Both the position numbers and the translations under genes were made by a program. From positions 46,912,788-46,976,787 of the forward strand of contig CM120640.1 of NCBI GenBank assembly GCA_051362555.1: a stretch of 64,000 bases of DNA, given 5' to 3'. The stretch comes from Lingula anatina. Its lineage: Eukaryota; Animalia; Brachiopoda. The notes under the pieces were generated by a model. It saw only the letters and a program-made list of their open reading frames with translations, was not told the origin of the DNA and did not search any database. Every line of letters begins with the position of its first letter. Positions within the stretch are counted from its first letter, which is position 1. This document shows positions 13,761-27,536 of the stretch, piece by piece.

Positions 13761-14865
13761 ATCGACCCAGAAAAATACCTCAAGTAGTGCCTAGTAATGC
13801 CTTTTAATTTCATTTATTGTTATTTAATGCAAGGATTTAAGGATTGCATTGATAAATATAACTTGCTGTACAACCCAATCTTTTTAATGCAATTAAACAT
13901 TATTATTGTATCAAAAACGAAAATGGGAGCGGTAAAGCATGAATGCTGCGTCTCAGCAGTCCTAAGGTTCATTAATATGATTTTTTCATGTTTGTTCAGA
14001 ACCTGATTGGACTGAAATAAGTTTCAACAGCAAATGTCAGCAGACAAATAAAGAGAACCCTCCAGCAGGATTGTGGGGAGACTTTACCTAACTAGATCTT
14101 CACAGATATCTCTCCGGATTTTCACTAGTTATGCACATCTTGCACTGAGTCCAGCGAGAATTTTGCACAACACTTCCCAGTCGGCACAATGACGCTGATT
14201 TATTGGACGTAAAATGTAGGTTGTACAAGGCTTTATCCTGATTTCAACGTTAATCAGATCAAGACGCTGATTTAACCAAAGAAGTGCATATTCTACTTCC
14301 TTGATCAAATGTTATATTTAACTCGATATTTAAGGCAGGAAGGAAATTATGGCAGCTTTCGGTTTGCTGAATCTGCATTTTATTGATAGTACATGTGATT
14401 GGCAGCAACACTTTTCAACAATTAAATTTGTAAATCAAAATTATCTACCAATGCAAATGTCGAAAATATGTACGTCAGCAGTATTGTTTACTACTGATTG
14501 TCATTTTATTGATGTAGGAAGAAGTCGAGTTCAGTGCACGTAGGAATGTTGACCAGCTTCGTTGCTTGCTCGTTTTTTATATCAAAGCAAAAAAGTGTCG
14601 CAAATGATCAATTGAAGATGGTTGAAGGCCCAGAATTTCCAAGAAGTCTAATAAATCTTTGTCATAATTAATAAATATTCTTATCGTTTTAATCCCATTT
14701 AATTGCAAGAAAGCTGTTATCTGACGTTCTTCCAACATCTGTTTCAACGTTGAAAGAACGTAATTTAAATGGCCGCTGGGTTACACTGGTTACATCAACA
14801 CTCAGCTGGCCTGTAGTACAGAGTACAAAGTCCGGGAGTGTCACTCTCTGTATATGATAGCTTTT

Positions 14866-14964
14866 ATGGACCGGGACCAACAGAAAAGGGTTATTCTGTG
14901 GTGTACGCCAAGAAGCTGCTCTTCAGCTTTTACACGGGCTATTTTGAACAAGGGGAAAGTTGAG
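14866..14964 (+). CDS. P-loop sulfotransferase-like protein (BCAT-like protein N-terminal family), exon 1 of 5
   Basis: RVILWCTPRSCSSAFTRAI motif; GT donor at 14965. An alternative in-frame ATG lies at 14854. The five exons join in phase to 825 nt (274 aa plus stop). Confidence 0.85.
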
Positions 14965-15240
14965 GTATTTGCATGTTTTAAATTATACTTACAGTGTTCG
15001 TGTAGTAGATATATCGGTGGTTTTAAAAAGCTTGTCAATTTGAGTAGTGTAGTCAACGGTCACCTTGAATGGGTATCCGTAAAATGACGTGTCTTCAGTA
15101 CGGTGATATACAGTATTTGTTCTTCGCGGCGTAAACGTTATACAGGCTAATACAAAACTTGTACCTGGATTGTAAAGACCATTTACTTATCTCCAAAATC
15201 AATATTCGACATCAGATCAGAATCCTTATTTCGGCATCTA

Positions 15241-15455
15241 CACCCCATTTCCATAGATTAGATCGACCTACTTTAGATCGACCTAACTCCCTGGGGGTTC
15301 ACGCTAAATAGCTGTCAGCCGGGCGGACACGAAAGTTAATTACCCCCTTACTGCTTGTAGTAGGCGGGACGGACATTTAAGTCGGATTATCTGAAAGTAA
15401 TCTAGTGAGACTCCCCGCGGGGATAGATCCTCTAAAATCTATGGGAATAGAGCCC
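15241..15455. mobile_element. PIF/Harbinger-like MITE, inverted copy of 19190-19402
   Basis: Imperfect TIRs (CCCCATTTCCATAGATT / AATCTATGGGAATAGAGCCC). The interior is the reverse complement of the 19.2-kb element. Confidence 0.7.
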
Positions 15456-15947
15456 TAGTCTCACGTACAGCCTTAAAAACGACCATCTTCGGATCGGTCA
15501 CTGCGTACTCATGGACCTCAGTGATATAAACCTTTGACAGGGACAGTTGTTAACTCATAATTAGTGACAAGGATTTACTGGTCTTATGGTGTCAGTGACC
15601 AAAATAGGGCTTTCTTCAATTTTGTTGCAATATTACATAATGCTTAGATGCATAATCACCACCAATCTTTAATTATGCGCTACAGGTAACATCGTTAGGA
15701 CCATGGAAGTTCGAAGTCACACCTTGAAAATGCCAATGTGTCAAAAATGAACATTAAAAAAGTATTATCATACTCCATATAGGCTGGGTCCAAGGTTTAC
15801 ATACATATTTCACATGTTGACTACCACGCTGTGTGATAAAACACGAACCATGATCACCTCGAGAGATAAGAAGTCAATTCAAGAATGCGTTTACATGTCA
15901 AAGTTGTCTTTAAATTTGATATGTATTAAATCTGATAATTGACGTTA

Positions 15948-16225
15948 GGGCTCATTTCCAATGAAACTATCGGTCTACGTAGACCAAGGACTCCGCGGGT
16001 ACTCTCGCTGAATGCAATCAGATTAAGAGATCAACGCACCTGTTACGGTTACTTCTAGCGTAGAGTAGAATACAGAAAAAGCTGGTGTTTATACGACTAC
16101 GTTGGAAACAAGAGGAGGCTTGTTAATCAGTTTTAACATATATTAAAATATGGTTGTATTCAGTGAGCCTCCCTGCGGAGTTGGATCGATCTACGTAGAT
16201 CAATAGCTTCACTGGAAATGAACCC
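15948..16225. mobile_element. PIF/Harbinger-like MITE
   Basis: TIRs GGGCTCATTTCCAATGAAACTAT / ATAGCTTCACTGGAAATGAACCC, flanked by TTA on both sides. Confidence 0.75.
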
Positions 16226-16592
16226 TTAATCGCCTCCAATTTTGTTGGTTTATCCTTTTCTCAGATTTTGTGTCAGCGCTTTATTATGTACATGTAATTG
16301 TTATCATTTCCCTGTGCTATTTAGTTACATTGTTGCAAACACGTGTATTTACTCGAGTCATGCAGCAGGTGCTTTGAGCTTATATTTAATGGTAAATGAT
16401 CTCAGGAGAGTTTACTTTAAGCTTTTATATAAAAAGAAGCATTGAACTTGTATAAACACGTATCTGTTCATTTATATATAAATTTGGTTTAGATTAATTA
16501 GACGAGTCTATAATCCGTTTCCCTTTGCTTAGTTAAATTCCTTAGGTCTCTATTTGATTTTACTTTCATTTTTTCATGTCGAACTACTGCAG

Positions 16593-16743
16593 TTTCTAAA
16601 CGAGAAATTTTTCAAGAGCTTCTACTTCAGCAAGGACCGTGTTAGTGACCGATATGATGGCAAAGGGGGCCAGTTCAGCGTCCAAACAAGACAGGGACTG
16701 ACGTATGAAGAAGCAAAATCATGTTATGAGCAGAGATATGAAG
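16593..16743 (+). CDS. Sulfotransferase-like gene, exon 2
   Basis: CAG acceptor, GTAAC donor; FLNEKFFKSFYFSKDRVSDRY...; phase 0 to 1. Confidence 0.85.
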
Positions 16744-17422
16744 GTAACGCCCCAGCCTTGATTCTGGCTATCATTTCTACATCGTATACTCAACACTACA
16801 TCTGACTATTCAGATTTCCTCTACGTATCTTACTATTTTAATAGTAAAGTGTTAAAACACGCCGTGTCAGGAGACATGAAATACCAGAGAGCGTGCGTTA
16901 AATACTGTTAGTTTATAGAAATAAAACTTAATTGAGACCGAAGTGTTTTAAAAGTTCTAATGTGGAAGGAACACTCATGTGAAAGTGTAACTAAGGTTTG
17001 TGAGTGAAACGTCTCTTTGAAATTGAGAAAAAAGACCAATATCCTGTAGTTTGCATTCCACATCGGCGGAGTCTGGACTGAAAAACATGTTTGTTTGTTT
17101 TAATATAATAAAAATGGCGAACAAAAGTGGAACACAAGGATTAAGCATATTTGGACTTTGCACTTCATATGACTGTAAGAAACACGGATCAGTCGTGTCC
17201 ACTGGAACGTCTAAGACCCAAACTATTATTAGAATAATAATTGTAATAAAAGTATGTTTCAGACAAAAGTCCGTATTGATAATGGTTAACAGAAAACTTT
17301 GTTATAATAAACCAATAAATCTCTCGGGCCTCTCTCGGAACGTGGCAAAATTACTGTAAAATACAGGTTGCGCTTCCTGGCCAGTGGGGCCTACTCCCTC
17401 AAATGCATATTTCATATTACAG

Positions 17423-17581
17423 GAGCCGAACTAGTGTTCGGGAAAGAGATGGCAGTGTATTTGGTGGACAGACTCCAATCACTTGACTACATCCCGAGGG
17501 GCTATCAGCACACCTTTCTCATTCGAAGCCCAGCCAAATCTGTGCCTTCTTTATATAACTGTCTCACGGATGAACGGAATG
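17423..17581 (+). CDS. Sulfotransferase-like gene, exon 3
   Basis: TACAG acceptor, GTGAG donor; VFGKEMAVYL and HTFLIRSPAKSVPSLY motifs. Confidence 0.88.
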
Positions 17582-17784
17582 GTGAGAAACGCAGTCAAGG
17601 GTTTATTTAGAATCTTATAATTGATATCTTCTGTTTTTTACCGCTAATTTTAGTTATTCAGTATTGTCAGTTCTAAATTTGTCAGCATGCTTAATTTTGA
17701 TGAATCATCAGTGCATGAAGAGATAATACTTAAACCAGTTTTTCTTTGCTAAATTCTTTAATGACTATCAAATTTTATAAGGAA

Positions 17785-18085
17785 TGAGGCAGCAAAGCTG
17801 TCGAATGTACAGACAAAAGGCATCACAATTGACAAAATAACTATTTTGAAAATTTTTTCCCGGCAGTTTGAGAATAATTAGTGACATGGATTCCCTTTAC
17901 TGGCCTTATGGTGTGAGTGACCAAAATAGGGCTTTCTTCAACTTAGTTGCAATATTACATAATGCTCAGAAGCATAATCACCACCAATCTTTAATTATGC
18001 GCTGCAGGTAACATCGTAGGTCCATGGTAGTTCAAAGTCACACCTTGAAAATGCCAATGTGTCAAAAATTAACATTAAAAAAGTA
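17785..18085 (+). repeat. Fragment of the HINE family at 27.06-29.26 kb (another fragment at ~15560-15765)
   Basis: Shares GGCAGCAAAGCTGTC.AATGTACAGACAAA and AGTCACACCTTGAAAATGCCAAT with 27073-27470. Confidence 0.7.
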
Positions 18086-18335
18086 AAGTACTGGTGAATC
18101 TCCATAAAAGTTCGAGTTCAAAAATAAGTTTGATAGGACCTTTTTCAACAGTTATGCAGCTTTCTTAAAGCATATATACAATACAGATAACACAATTCGA
18201 GGTAAGTTTATCTGTTGTCTTCAAACTTGAGGGCTGATGTATATGACTGGAATAGTGAGTTATGCGGTTTGACACACTTGAAACAAGTTATGAGCCTTTG
18301 TAAATGGGGGTTAATTATCTATGTATCTTTTACAG

Positions 18336-18461
18336 CAACTAAAGAATTCGACACACTGGAAGCAAGCTATAAACCTTTGCATCAACTTTTTCACCTTATT
18401 CGAGAGGAAAGTGGCAGAGTGCCAGTACTCATTGATGCAGATGATCTGTTACAAAATCCAG
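18336..18461 (+). CDS. Sulfotransferase-like gene, exon 4
   Basis: TTTTACAG acceptor, GT donor; EASYKPLHQLF and PVLIDADDLLQNP motifs. Confidence 0.88.
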
Positions 18462-18689
18462 GTTTGTAGCCTTTTTTTAAATTTAAGTTTGTAATTTTTT
18501 GATACCAAAGGTATTTAACAATTTCTATAAACACCTATAAAACCGTTTAATTGTCATGAAATTAACAATACTCAAAAAGTATTTTATGGTATTTGTTTGA
18601 TAGTGAAATTTGAAATAATAGAGTATATAATGGGTTTGTATGAAAACAAATAAGAAATAAAACTGGAGGATCTTAAATTTTTTATTTAG

Positions 18690-18979
18690 ATGCCATCATC
18701 CGACAATACTGCAGAAGAACAGGATTAACCTTTCACAAAGAGATGCTAGAGTGGGACTCCGGTGCTGTGCCAGATAAAACACATTGGCATCGGTGGCCAG
18801 GGTGGTATGACACCCTTCTGAAGAGCTCAGGGTTTAAGAAACAAGAAGAAATAGGCCACACCATGGTAAAGGAACTGCCACAGGACATACAAAAATGTAT
18901 CGAAACCAATATGCCTTATTATGAACATCTACTTAAATTCCGACTTATGCCAGAGGTGAATGATGATACGGATGAATAA
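18690..18979 (+). CDS. Sulfotransferase-like gene, exon 5 (terminal)
   Basis: TTTAG acceptor; IIRQYCRRTGLTFHKEMLEW and WYDTLLKSSGF motifs; TAA stop. Confidence 0.88.
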
Positions 18980-19189
18980 AAGTGTCCATGTGGTGAGCCT
19001 TCCAATGGTTTTGGGAAAACACTGGTCATATTTTATGGGCACATTGGAAACTGAGAAAGCCAAGAAATGTCTGCATAACTCTCTGCATAAATAATTAAAA
19101 TGGACTTGTGAATCCATTGGTAACATTAGCTAGATATTGAATGAAGCTGATCATATTAGAATGGTACAGCTTTGACTCCCGTTCACTTA

Positions 19190-19402
19190 GGGCGCATTCC
19201 CATAGATTTTGGATCGATCTATCCTCATGGGGAGTCTCACTAGATTACTGTCAGATAATCTGGCTTAAATGTCTGTCCTGCCTACTACATGCTGTAAGGG
19301 GGAATTAACTTTCGTACCTGCTCGGCTGACAGCTATTTAGCCTGAACCCCCAGGGAGTTTGGTCGATCTAGTTGGATCGACCTAATCTCTGGGAATGGGG
19401 TC
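19190..19402. mobile_element. PIF/Harbinger-like MITE
   Basis: TIRs GGGCGCATTCCCATAGATT / AATCTCTGGGAATGGGGTC; TTA target duplication. Confidence 0.75.
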
Positions 19403-22016
19403 TTAGGTACTGGTTTAAAATTTGCACATTAAAATCAGATCATCCAGGACGACTCATACTTGCCATGAAAACAGTATAATAGTCAATACTTTGTAGTTTA
19501 AAAAATCTTCAATATTTATTTGCACTTTTGTAACTTTGCAAACACAACAATAAGGAAAATATAACAAAAAATCTTTGGCTATATTACATATTATTGGTGA
19601 CATGTGTACAGTGTAGATGCTTGTAAAAATATAATCTTGCTTGGGACATTGATCGCAGTGATAAAGACACAGGGGACACAACAAAGATACTCTGTATAAG
19701 GTTACATACTTCATTCATGATAACACTTGATGTGCATATTTTGAATTTTTCACTTGGATTCTGTATCCACACATGAGAAAAGATTGCCGAAATTGAGAAG
19801 TCCTCATTGTTAATGTCATTGTTACGTAATTGGCAATAATAGTGCATTCACATCAAGAACAAAAGTAACAATGGTATCAAATTACCCCAGTGCAAGTGAA
19901 CAAAGGACCTCTGACAAAGCCCTGAAGAAGTTGGTACAGCTACAAATCAACTCAACCCCAGCATATATACTCACAAAATAATCTTGATTTCATATGTGAA
20001 CATCCCTGCTTTTTTAAACATGTACAAGACACACTGAAATCTGTCATGTTTTCAATGTCTAATAGAAGTAAAATTTTTAATTTAAAATAATACTAATAAT
20101 AGAATTAAATGAATTTGAACTGAATACTCATGTGCATGTGAAAAGAAAAGTACATAAATGTGAAAACAGAAGCAAGATTATTGTTTTAAAGTTCATGTCC
20201 ATAACTTGAATTATCTCAAAGTTAACAATGTCATGATTATATTTTTTATATATCCAAGAAAAATGCCAAAAGCATGTGTCCATCCCAAAATGCAGGTAAA
20301 GTTAGTTATACATCTTCAGTCCATGATGACATGAGGGCACTTCTCTGCATGCTGATCAAGTGCCCCTTTTTCATAGGCAAATTTTCTTAATTGCTGAATT
20401 CTACACGTGGTCATAGTTCACCAAATCCGATTTCGAGTACTGATAGAATCTTTTAATTTCAAATCCAGTTCCCATTTATGAATTTAAAATTACAAGAAAC
20501 AAGTCTGCATAAACAGACCAATACACCCCTTCATCCAACTATCTTCTCCATACTTAATTCCTTTTATCCTCAGGTAATATGCTAGTTGTGTTTCACACCA
20601 TACATTCACTAAATTACAGTGCTTCCAAATGTGATAGATGGGATAAGAAATTCACCTCAAAAGTGATCTATAAATCCCATGGTTATCAAACCACCAAAAT
20701 AAATGTGACAGAAATTACTCATCAACCATATAAATATTGGCTTAAAACACTGTATGACTACACTACAAACAAAGGAGTCCTCAAAAAACCACCAGATATG
20801 CTCAACCAAAATTAAGTTACAGGAACAAGATTCTGTCTTCTAAGAAAAGTTTATTTTTATTTTAAGAGGATTTAAACAGATTATAAATACTTAAGTTGTA
20901 TATTTTTGGTACATGGGATATAAGCTTTATGATATCAACAAAAAGAGCATTTCACCATATAAACTCCCGAATGACTCTCCACAAACTATTCTTTAACAAC
21001 TCCATTTCTACAATTACTGAATTTAAACAACAGTCAAATATAAATATAAGTAAACCTTATCTCAACATATAAAAATTACTTGATAAAAGTCTTGACAGGA
21101 GTCACATTAAAGTAAAATATTCCAACAAGTAATGTGAAACTTTCATCATCTATATAGAAGTTCCTTCATGGGAAATTAATTATAAAATGTAAAAAAACAG
21201 GACCAAAAAAGCAATCTTACCACATTTCCTACACTAAAGCGCTGCATATACAATTCCTGTCATAGACCATATTATATCTAACACAATAAATATTTTCTTA
21301 AGTTAACATATAATAAAGCATTTCTATGACATTATAAGCACTGAGTGCTCTGATCTGTAATCTTTATTATTCTAGGTGGTAAATTAAGCTTTTGGTCACT
21401 TCAGTACAATAACTGACTTGATTGCAAAAATAAAACACTGTACTAAGCCACTATACCTAATGTTAAAAAAAGTTATATAAATGCATATATTAAGTGGAGA
21501 CTGGGGGTAAAAACTGACATTATAGAGAATATAATAAATTTCCCCCCTGCCCAAATGACATTTCCCACAGTTCACAAGATACAGGTGAACAGGCCACTGA
21601 CTGGTCAAAACATTTTCAAATTGGGGGATACATATTAAAGTGGAGGCAAATAAAAGAGAAGGCAAACACCAAAGCACAAGTCATTCATTCAGTAAAACTG
21701 CTGTTTACTTCAATAAACAACTTAGGAGACACATGCAATGACAAAGTTATATTATAAAGAAATAAAAAAACTGAAGAAGCCTTCTTAAATCTGATCTATC
21801 TAACAGAAAAACAGAACAAGAACTGATAAACCCAAGGTTAATTCACCTTGAAGAATAATAAAGAAACAAAGCAAAAATTATTGCATGTCAAATCATCAAA
21901 AGATCACAGAAAAGGCTCCATGAAATTTAATCGGAACAAGATACAGAAGGTAGGAGAAATGCAAAGAACATGAGGGACAAAAAGAACAGTTATGAAAGAT
22001 TAGCAACATGCCAAGA

Positions 22017-22529
22017 GCTGATATTTACACTGATGGGAACTACTCTCAGATCTTATGGCCATTGTTTTTGCCAACTTTTTGCTCTATTGTATGGGAGATG
22101 TGTGTGTAACTGCAACACGTGCAGTAATAAGTGTTCTGTAGTTGGTCATAGGGAGATGTGTTCATGTGTCACATGATGTGTCACAAGGATAAAATTGAGC
22201 TCCAGCCCCAACAGTCCAGTTCAGCAACAAAGGTCTCCCCGGAGCATATAGTTCTATGTCCAAATCAGTAAATCAAGAGTTTTTCAACGATACGGTCATG
22301 GCAACAGTGTGTGTGTGTGATCATTTAATTTTATGTTGTTACTTTCCCCCATCTTGCTATTTAGTATCATATTGCATTTTGTCAGTGCGCAAACTAGTCG
22401 CAAACTGGCGTGAAGTGTGCATAAACCTGTTGTGACTGCATGTCATGTCGGGACGAGCCTTTTGAAATGTTCAAAATTTTGGTCACAACAAAATTTTGTG
22501 ACCGGGTCTTAAACTATGCGCAAACTGTT
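22017..22529 (+). repeat. ~0.5-kb dispersed duplication of 36582-37072
   Basis: Near-identical from GAACTACTCTCAGATCTT to AAACTATGCGCAAACTGTT. Confidence 0.9.
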
Positions 22530-22780
22530 CTAAAGCTGTTCTAAAAATAACTGGCAGTCACTATCTCTGTTGGCAGTGCCTCGTTTTCAGAGTGCTGTCA
22601 TATTCTATAATTTGAAGTATTTAGTAAAACTAAAACGAGGCAAGTTGTTCTTGGAAACATTTAGCCACGTGATTGAAGTTAAGAAGGCACTCTCTCTCAC
22701 GTTTATTTGGCACTTTTTGTATTGGTTGGGAAATATTTAGAAGCATATAATTTCCAAGCTTTAACCACGAAAGAAGTGGA

Positions 22781-22950
22781 AAACTAGAGGATCAGAGAGG
22801 CGATACCGCCTCCGGATATAGTACCACCAGCTGGAGCAAGCGCATTCATTTGGACCCCCCCCCCCAAAAAAAAAAAGAGACACCACCACCAGTCTTATGC
22901 TTGACAAGCTCTATAAAATGCAATCAACAAGAATTCTCAAAATATGCAAA

Positions 22951-22990
<40 letters not shown>

Positions 22991-24030
22991 TATAACCAAA
23001 AATGGTATAATCAAAATTCAGTTCATCATAAAAAGTAGGTCAAAGGTCAATTTTAAGGTCACACTTAGATTGCCAGTATATGACTTCCTATTATAGTTCA
23101 AACGTAACTATGGACCTATCTCTGCCAGTTTTGGAGATAAAAGGAAACCAAATTTTGCAAAGTTCAGTTCATGGTGAAAAGTAGGTCAAAGGTCAATTTT
23201 AAGGTCACAGTAAATTGCCTCTGATGACTTTCTATTCAAATTCAATAGTAACTATGGGTGTATCTTTGCCAGTTTTGAAAGTGTAAGCATTAAAAAAGTA
23301 GCAAATTTCAGTTTAAGGTGTAAAGTAGGTCAAAGGTCAATTTCAAGGTCAGAGTAAGATTACCAGTATATAACTTCCTATTCAACTTCAATAGTAACTA
23401 TGTACCCATCTTTGCCAGGTTTGGAGGTTTGGAAGGGAAATAAATTAGTTCAGTTCATGATAAAAAGTAGGTCAAAGGTCAACTTCAAGGTCACACTTAG
23501 ATTGCCAGTATATGACTTCCTATACAACTTTAATAGTAACTATTGACCTATCTCTGCCAGTTTTGGAGATATAAGGAAACAAAAATTTGCAAAGTTCAAA
23601 TCAGGATGAAAAGTAGGTCAAAGGTCAATTTCAAGGTCACACTTAGATTGCCAGTATATGACTTCCTATTCAAGTTCAATAGTAACTATGGACCTATCTC
23701 TGCCAGTTTTGGAGTTAAAAGGAAACCAAATTATACAAAGTTCAATTCATGATGAAAAGTAGGTCAAAGGTCAATTTAAAGGTCACACTTAGATTGCCAG
23801 TATATGACTTCCTATTCAAGTTTAATAGCAACTATGGACATATCTTTGCCAGTTTTGGAGATAAAAGGGAACAAAAATTTGCAAAGTTCAGTTCATGGTA
23901 AAAAGTAGGTCAAAAGTCAATTTCAAGGTCACATTTAGATTGCCAGTATATGACTTCCTATTCAACTTTATTAGTAACTATTGACCTATCTCTGCCAGTT
24001 TTGGAGATAAAAGGGAACAAAAAATTTGCA
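22781..24030 (+). mobile_element. HINE/Helentron-like non-autonomous element with ~7 copies of a ~146-bp tandem repeat
   Basis: Starts AAACTAGAG followed by a short IR (GAGGCG..CGCCTC). GTAGGTCAAA recurs at 23035, 23181, 23325, 23467, 23613, 23759 and 23905. Confidence 0.7.
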
Positions 24031-25156
24031 TTAAATAAAGTATTTTCCATTTGTGGTCTAAATATTGTTTCAGATTTGTCAAAATATCATGCGGGAAGGA
24101 GTGTATTTGTTTGTTGAAATAAGTTTTTTGTAGATATATGGGATTTTGGGACAACTTGTTTGTTTAAGGAGATATTCACTTTGTATATTGCTACCTTAAA
24201 AAATTTCATATATTCATTTACACAAGATATATTTAAAGGTACACTAAATAGGATTTTGGCGCTAAAACTCCTATTTTAACAAATTTTCCTGGAATGAGGG
24301 GCATTTTCTCCTGACTTTTTATCCTTTAATCCTCCTTTTCTGACTCTCGCCATAACTCTGCAACAATTTTGGAAAAAAAGGGAAAAATCAAAACACGTGC
24401 TTAAACGTGGGTTTGTCATGACTGCTAACTACTGAGGTTGAATAAGGGGCGTTAAATATGATTAGTTTTTGCGGTATTGATTAAGGCCATCTATCTGACA
24501 ATTTATGTTTTAAAAGTTTTGATTCTCCTCAGGTAGGCTAAGTTCAACAAAGAGCGATTCATGCTGTTAAGACGCGTCCAAAATCCTCTTGTGTGTCCCG
24601 TTAACGTTCCCTATTGTAACTGACAGAACAAACATGCCAATGAATGATCCTGTAAGTAATTTGCAAAATATTACTTTCAGATAGGATGTTACGTTTACTG
24701 GTGATTTTGTTGTACCTTTGTGCATCATGCCAATGCTTAGGAAATACAAGTTACGGTCCTCGACCAGTCTCCGAAGAAAAACACAGGTTAATTTTAGGTA
24801 CCTAAAAAGACATTTTATTTTACTGTTCCTTTGCGTATATTTATCCTTCCGTAAAAGTGAAGGATATAAAATTTATGTCTTCAAATCTACATTTGCTCAA
24901 CTTGTTTCAGTCACCTCTTTGTTTCTATGTCGCCAAAAGTGAAATGCCAAAAACAACAAGGCGATGCACAAGTAACTAGGTGAAACCGACTCTAACACGT
25001 CACATTGCACTTTATATGTTTGTTGTTTATACAGTATCTCTCTCTTAAATGCCCAAGGGGTGCAAGAGAAGACGTAATATCCATAATACCATGTTTATAT
25101 TCTAATTTCATTTTGATTTTTAATTATACACACACACACATGTAGCTGCTTGAATA

Positions 25157-26848
25157 TGAAGACAAACAACGTGCGTTAGACTCGGTAGCCGAAAAAAAAT
25201 TCCCATAATCACCAATGTATACATTATTCAAAACCATGGGGAAAATATAGAGTCATAAATCCATTTTTGAGTTCTTTTTAAAAGTTTTTGAAGACTTCAT
25301 CTAAACCTACCAGCTTCCGTCTCCCCGGAGCACGGCTTCCACAGCCCGCAAGTCGTAAATGATACACTACAACTGATACCCGGTGCAACGAAAGTGAGGG
25401 CTCGTGTAAGAGAGAACCCGCCCTCCCTTAAATTATAATGGATAGGGTTAGCCTTACCTAAGTGGGTCAAAACATAGGGCGAGGTTTCCTGTACAAGTAC
25501 AAATGAATGGAAAGCGGTTTCTACTTGGAGGGGGGGGGGGGGTACCATCTACCAGGGCGATAGATCGATTTTCCACAGATTTTCTCAGATATGTCTATAG
25601 ATAAATAGACAGTCATTTTGTCTCTCAGTCAGCAAAAAATGTCGACAATAATAACTGAGACCCTGGTAGAGGGTAGGGGGGGGTCTACATGTATATTGTT
25701 ACACCGGGTGTTATATTTGGTGACGCAAGAGAAGTCTGTTGAGGTCAAATTTACGACCAAAAAAATGAAGAAGGTGCAGTTCAAAGCGCTTTTATGGCTG
25801 ATTGAGTGATTTATTCGGTTTATCTAGTGGCAGATTGACTTTATTTGAGTCGAATAAGAAACTACTAAAGGTGGTTAATATGCGTTACTGGGAGTCCATG
25901 TTTCACCGACGCTGGGTTCAAATGTAGGTCAAGTAGGCCTACGTATAGGCCCTAGTGTAAGAATCAGACAAATAACACGGGCATTTTATTCATTTGATTA
26001 TTTAGGCGTAGAAATATGTTTGAAATAATAAAATAAGAGAAAAAAGTGACCAGTGCTTTAATATTAAGCACGAAATGAATAGTCTGTCGTTTCTTTCAGC
26101 TTACTCTTCCGTTTGCAAATAGATCATGACCAAAACGTGATCCATAATTGCATTTATTTTAAATGCGAGCTAACGAAATAGTGGTTAGTTGAAAAAACAT
26201 TTATTTGAGACTTACTTGCGACCTTAATTAGTTCGATTCTCCACGTTATATTATCTCTTGATAAACGTGATACAGATGTAGGCCTACATGTAGCCTAGGC
26301 TTTATTGAGATCGTGGGAAAACTTTAATTTAATAGACTTTGGAAGCCATCGTTAGCATAAAAATCAAAGCCAATGACTAGCAACGCAAATATAATCAAGA
26401 CATTGCTGTTGTTGAAATAAAAACAAATAATGTTCCAAAGTTTTTGTAAGTGTGCTTCTGTTGTATTTCTTGCTCTTTAAAGCCAGACTTGTGGCTTGCA
26501 TGGTTGTACATGTGACGTTGAAGCGAAGCAATTCTTGCAAAGCGAAGGGGTCAAAACTGCAAGAAAACAATAAAACAAAACTACTCAAAGGCAAACTTAA
26601 CGGTTGAACTAACTTTACAATAAAGTTTAAAATAAATAGAGTTTACAAATACCAGTAAAACAACTAAAAACTTACACTACTTTGGAACCCTTTAATTCGT
26701 ATCCCATAACAATCTATCACTGAAAGCAATCGCAACTAAAGCAATGCGCACAATGACATAGACAACAAAAAGAGCAACAAACGCAATCGTTCACAATTGC
26801 TTTAAACCTACCAGAATACAGCAGTCTAACGCACGTCATCTTCTTTCA
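25157..26848. mobile_element. Degenerate Kolobok-like non-autonomous DNA element
   Basis: 14-bp IR ACGTGCGTTAGACT (25169) / AGTCTAACGCACGT (26823). Region 25200-25340 resembles 55500-55640 of the Kolobok element. Confidence 0.5.
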
Positions 26849-27061
26849 TGACAAGCAGTGTTTTTTGTCAACAAAATTGTACTCACCTGCACATTGCATG
26901 AAATAATGAGGTCAACGCTGAAAATGCACATATTTCAAATACTATTATGTATATTTTCTTTTCTTTTGAATAGATGTTCTAGAAGGAAACATCAACGAAA
27001 GATCTTCAGAGGCGCATCGAGCTGCATTTCGATTGGTCCGACGATGGCGCTGCCAGTATGA

Positions 27062-27505
27062 AATAAAGACAAGGCAGCAAAGCTGTCAAATGTACAGACA
27101 AAGAACAGAAAATAAAGATGCAAATAAGTGAAAAATTAAATTTTCACAAAAAACTGTTAAATTGCCAGAAAAATTTACCAAACAGACTGCGTTGCCTATT
27201 TAAGCTGTATGTTAGACCCATGTTTCTTTCCTGTAAGTTTGAGAACAGTAAGTGACATGATTTCCCTTAAATGGTCATCATAGGAGCAGTGCCCAAAATA
27301 GGGGTTTCTTCAAATTTTGATGCAACATTACATAATGTTTAACAGCATAATGACAATAAAATGTTATTAATAAAATATTAGTAACATGGACATTCAGAAA
27401 ATGTGACAAGCAAAAGTCTTCAAGATCATGGAACTTTAAAGTCACACCTTGAAAATGCCAATATGTGAAAAATTAAATTTTCACAAAAAACTGTTTAACT
27501 GCAAA

Positions 27506-27536
<31 letters not shown>

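Noticed and set aside
14177-14779. CCCAG...CTGGG-bounded element (partly similar to 6480-6635)
   Set aside because: The terminal match is only 5-6 bp with no clear TSD; the similarity may just reflect the tandem duplication.
19450-21990. Short ORFs in AT-rich sequence downstream of the host gene
   Set aside because: No motifs or coherent exon chain; probably UTR or intergenic.
24234-24270. Kolobok-like left end TTAA-AGGTACACTAAATAGG
   Set aside because: No matching right TIR found in the window.
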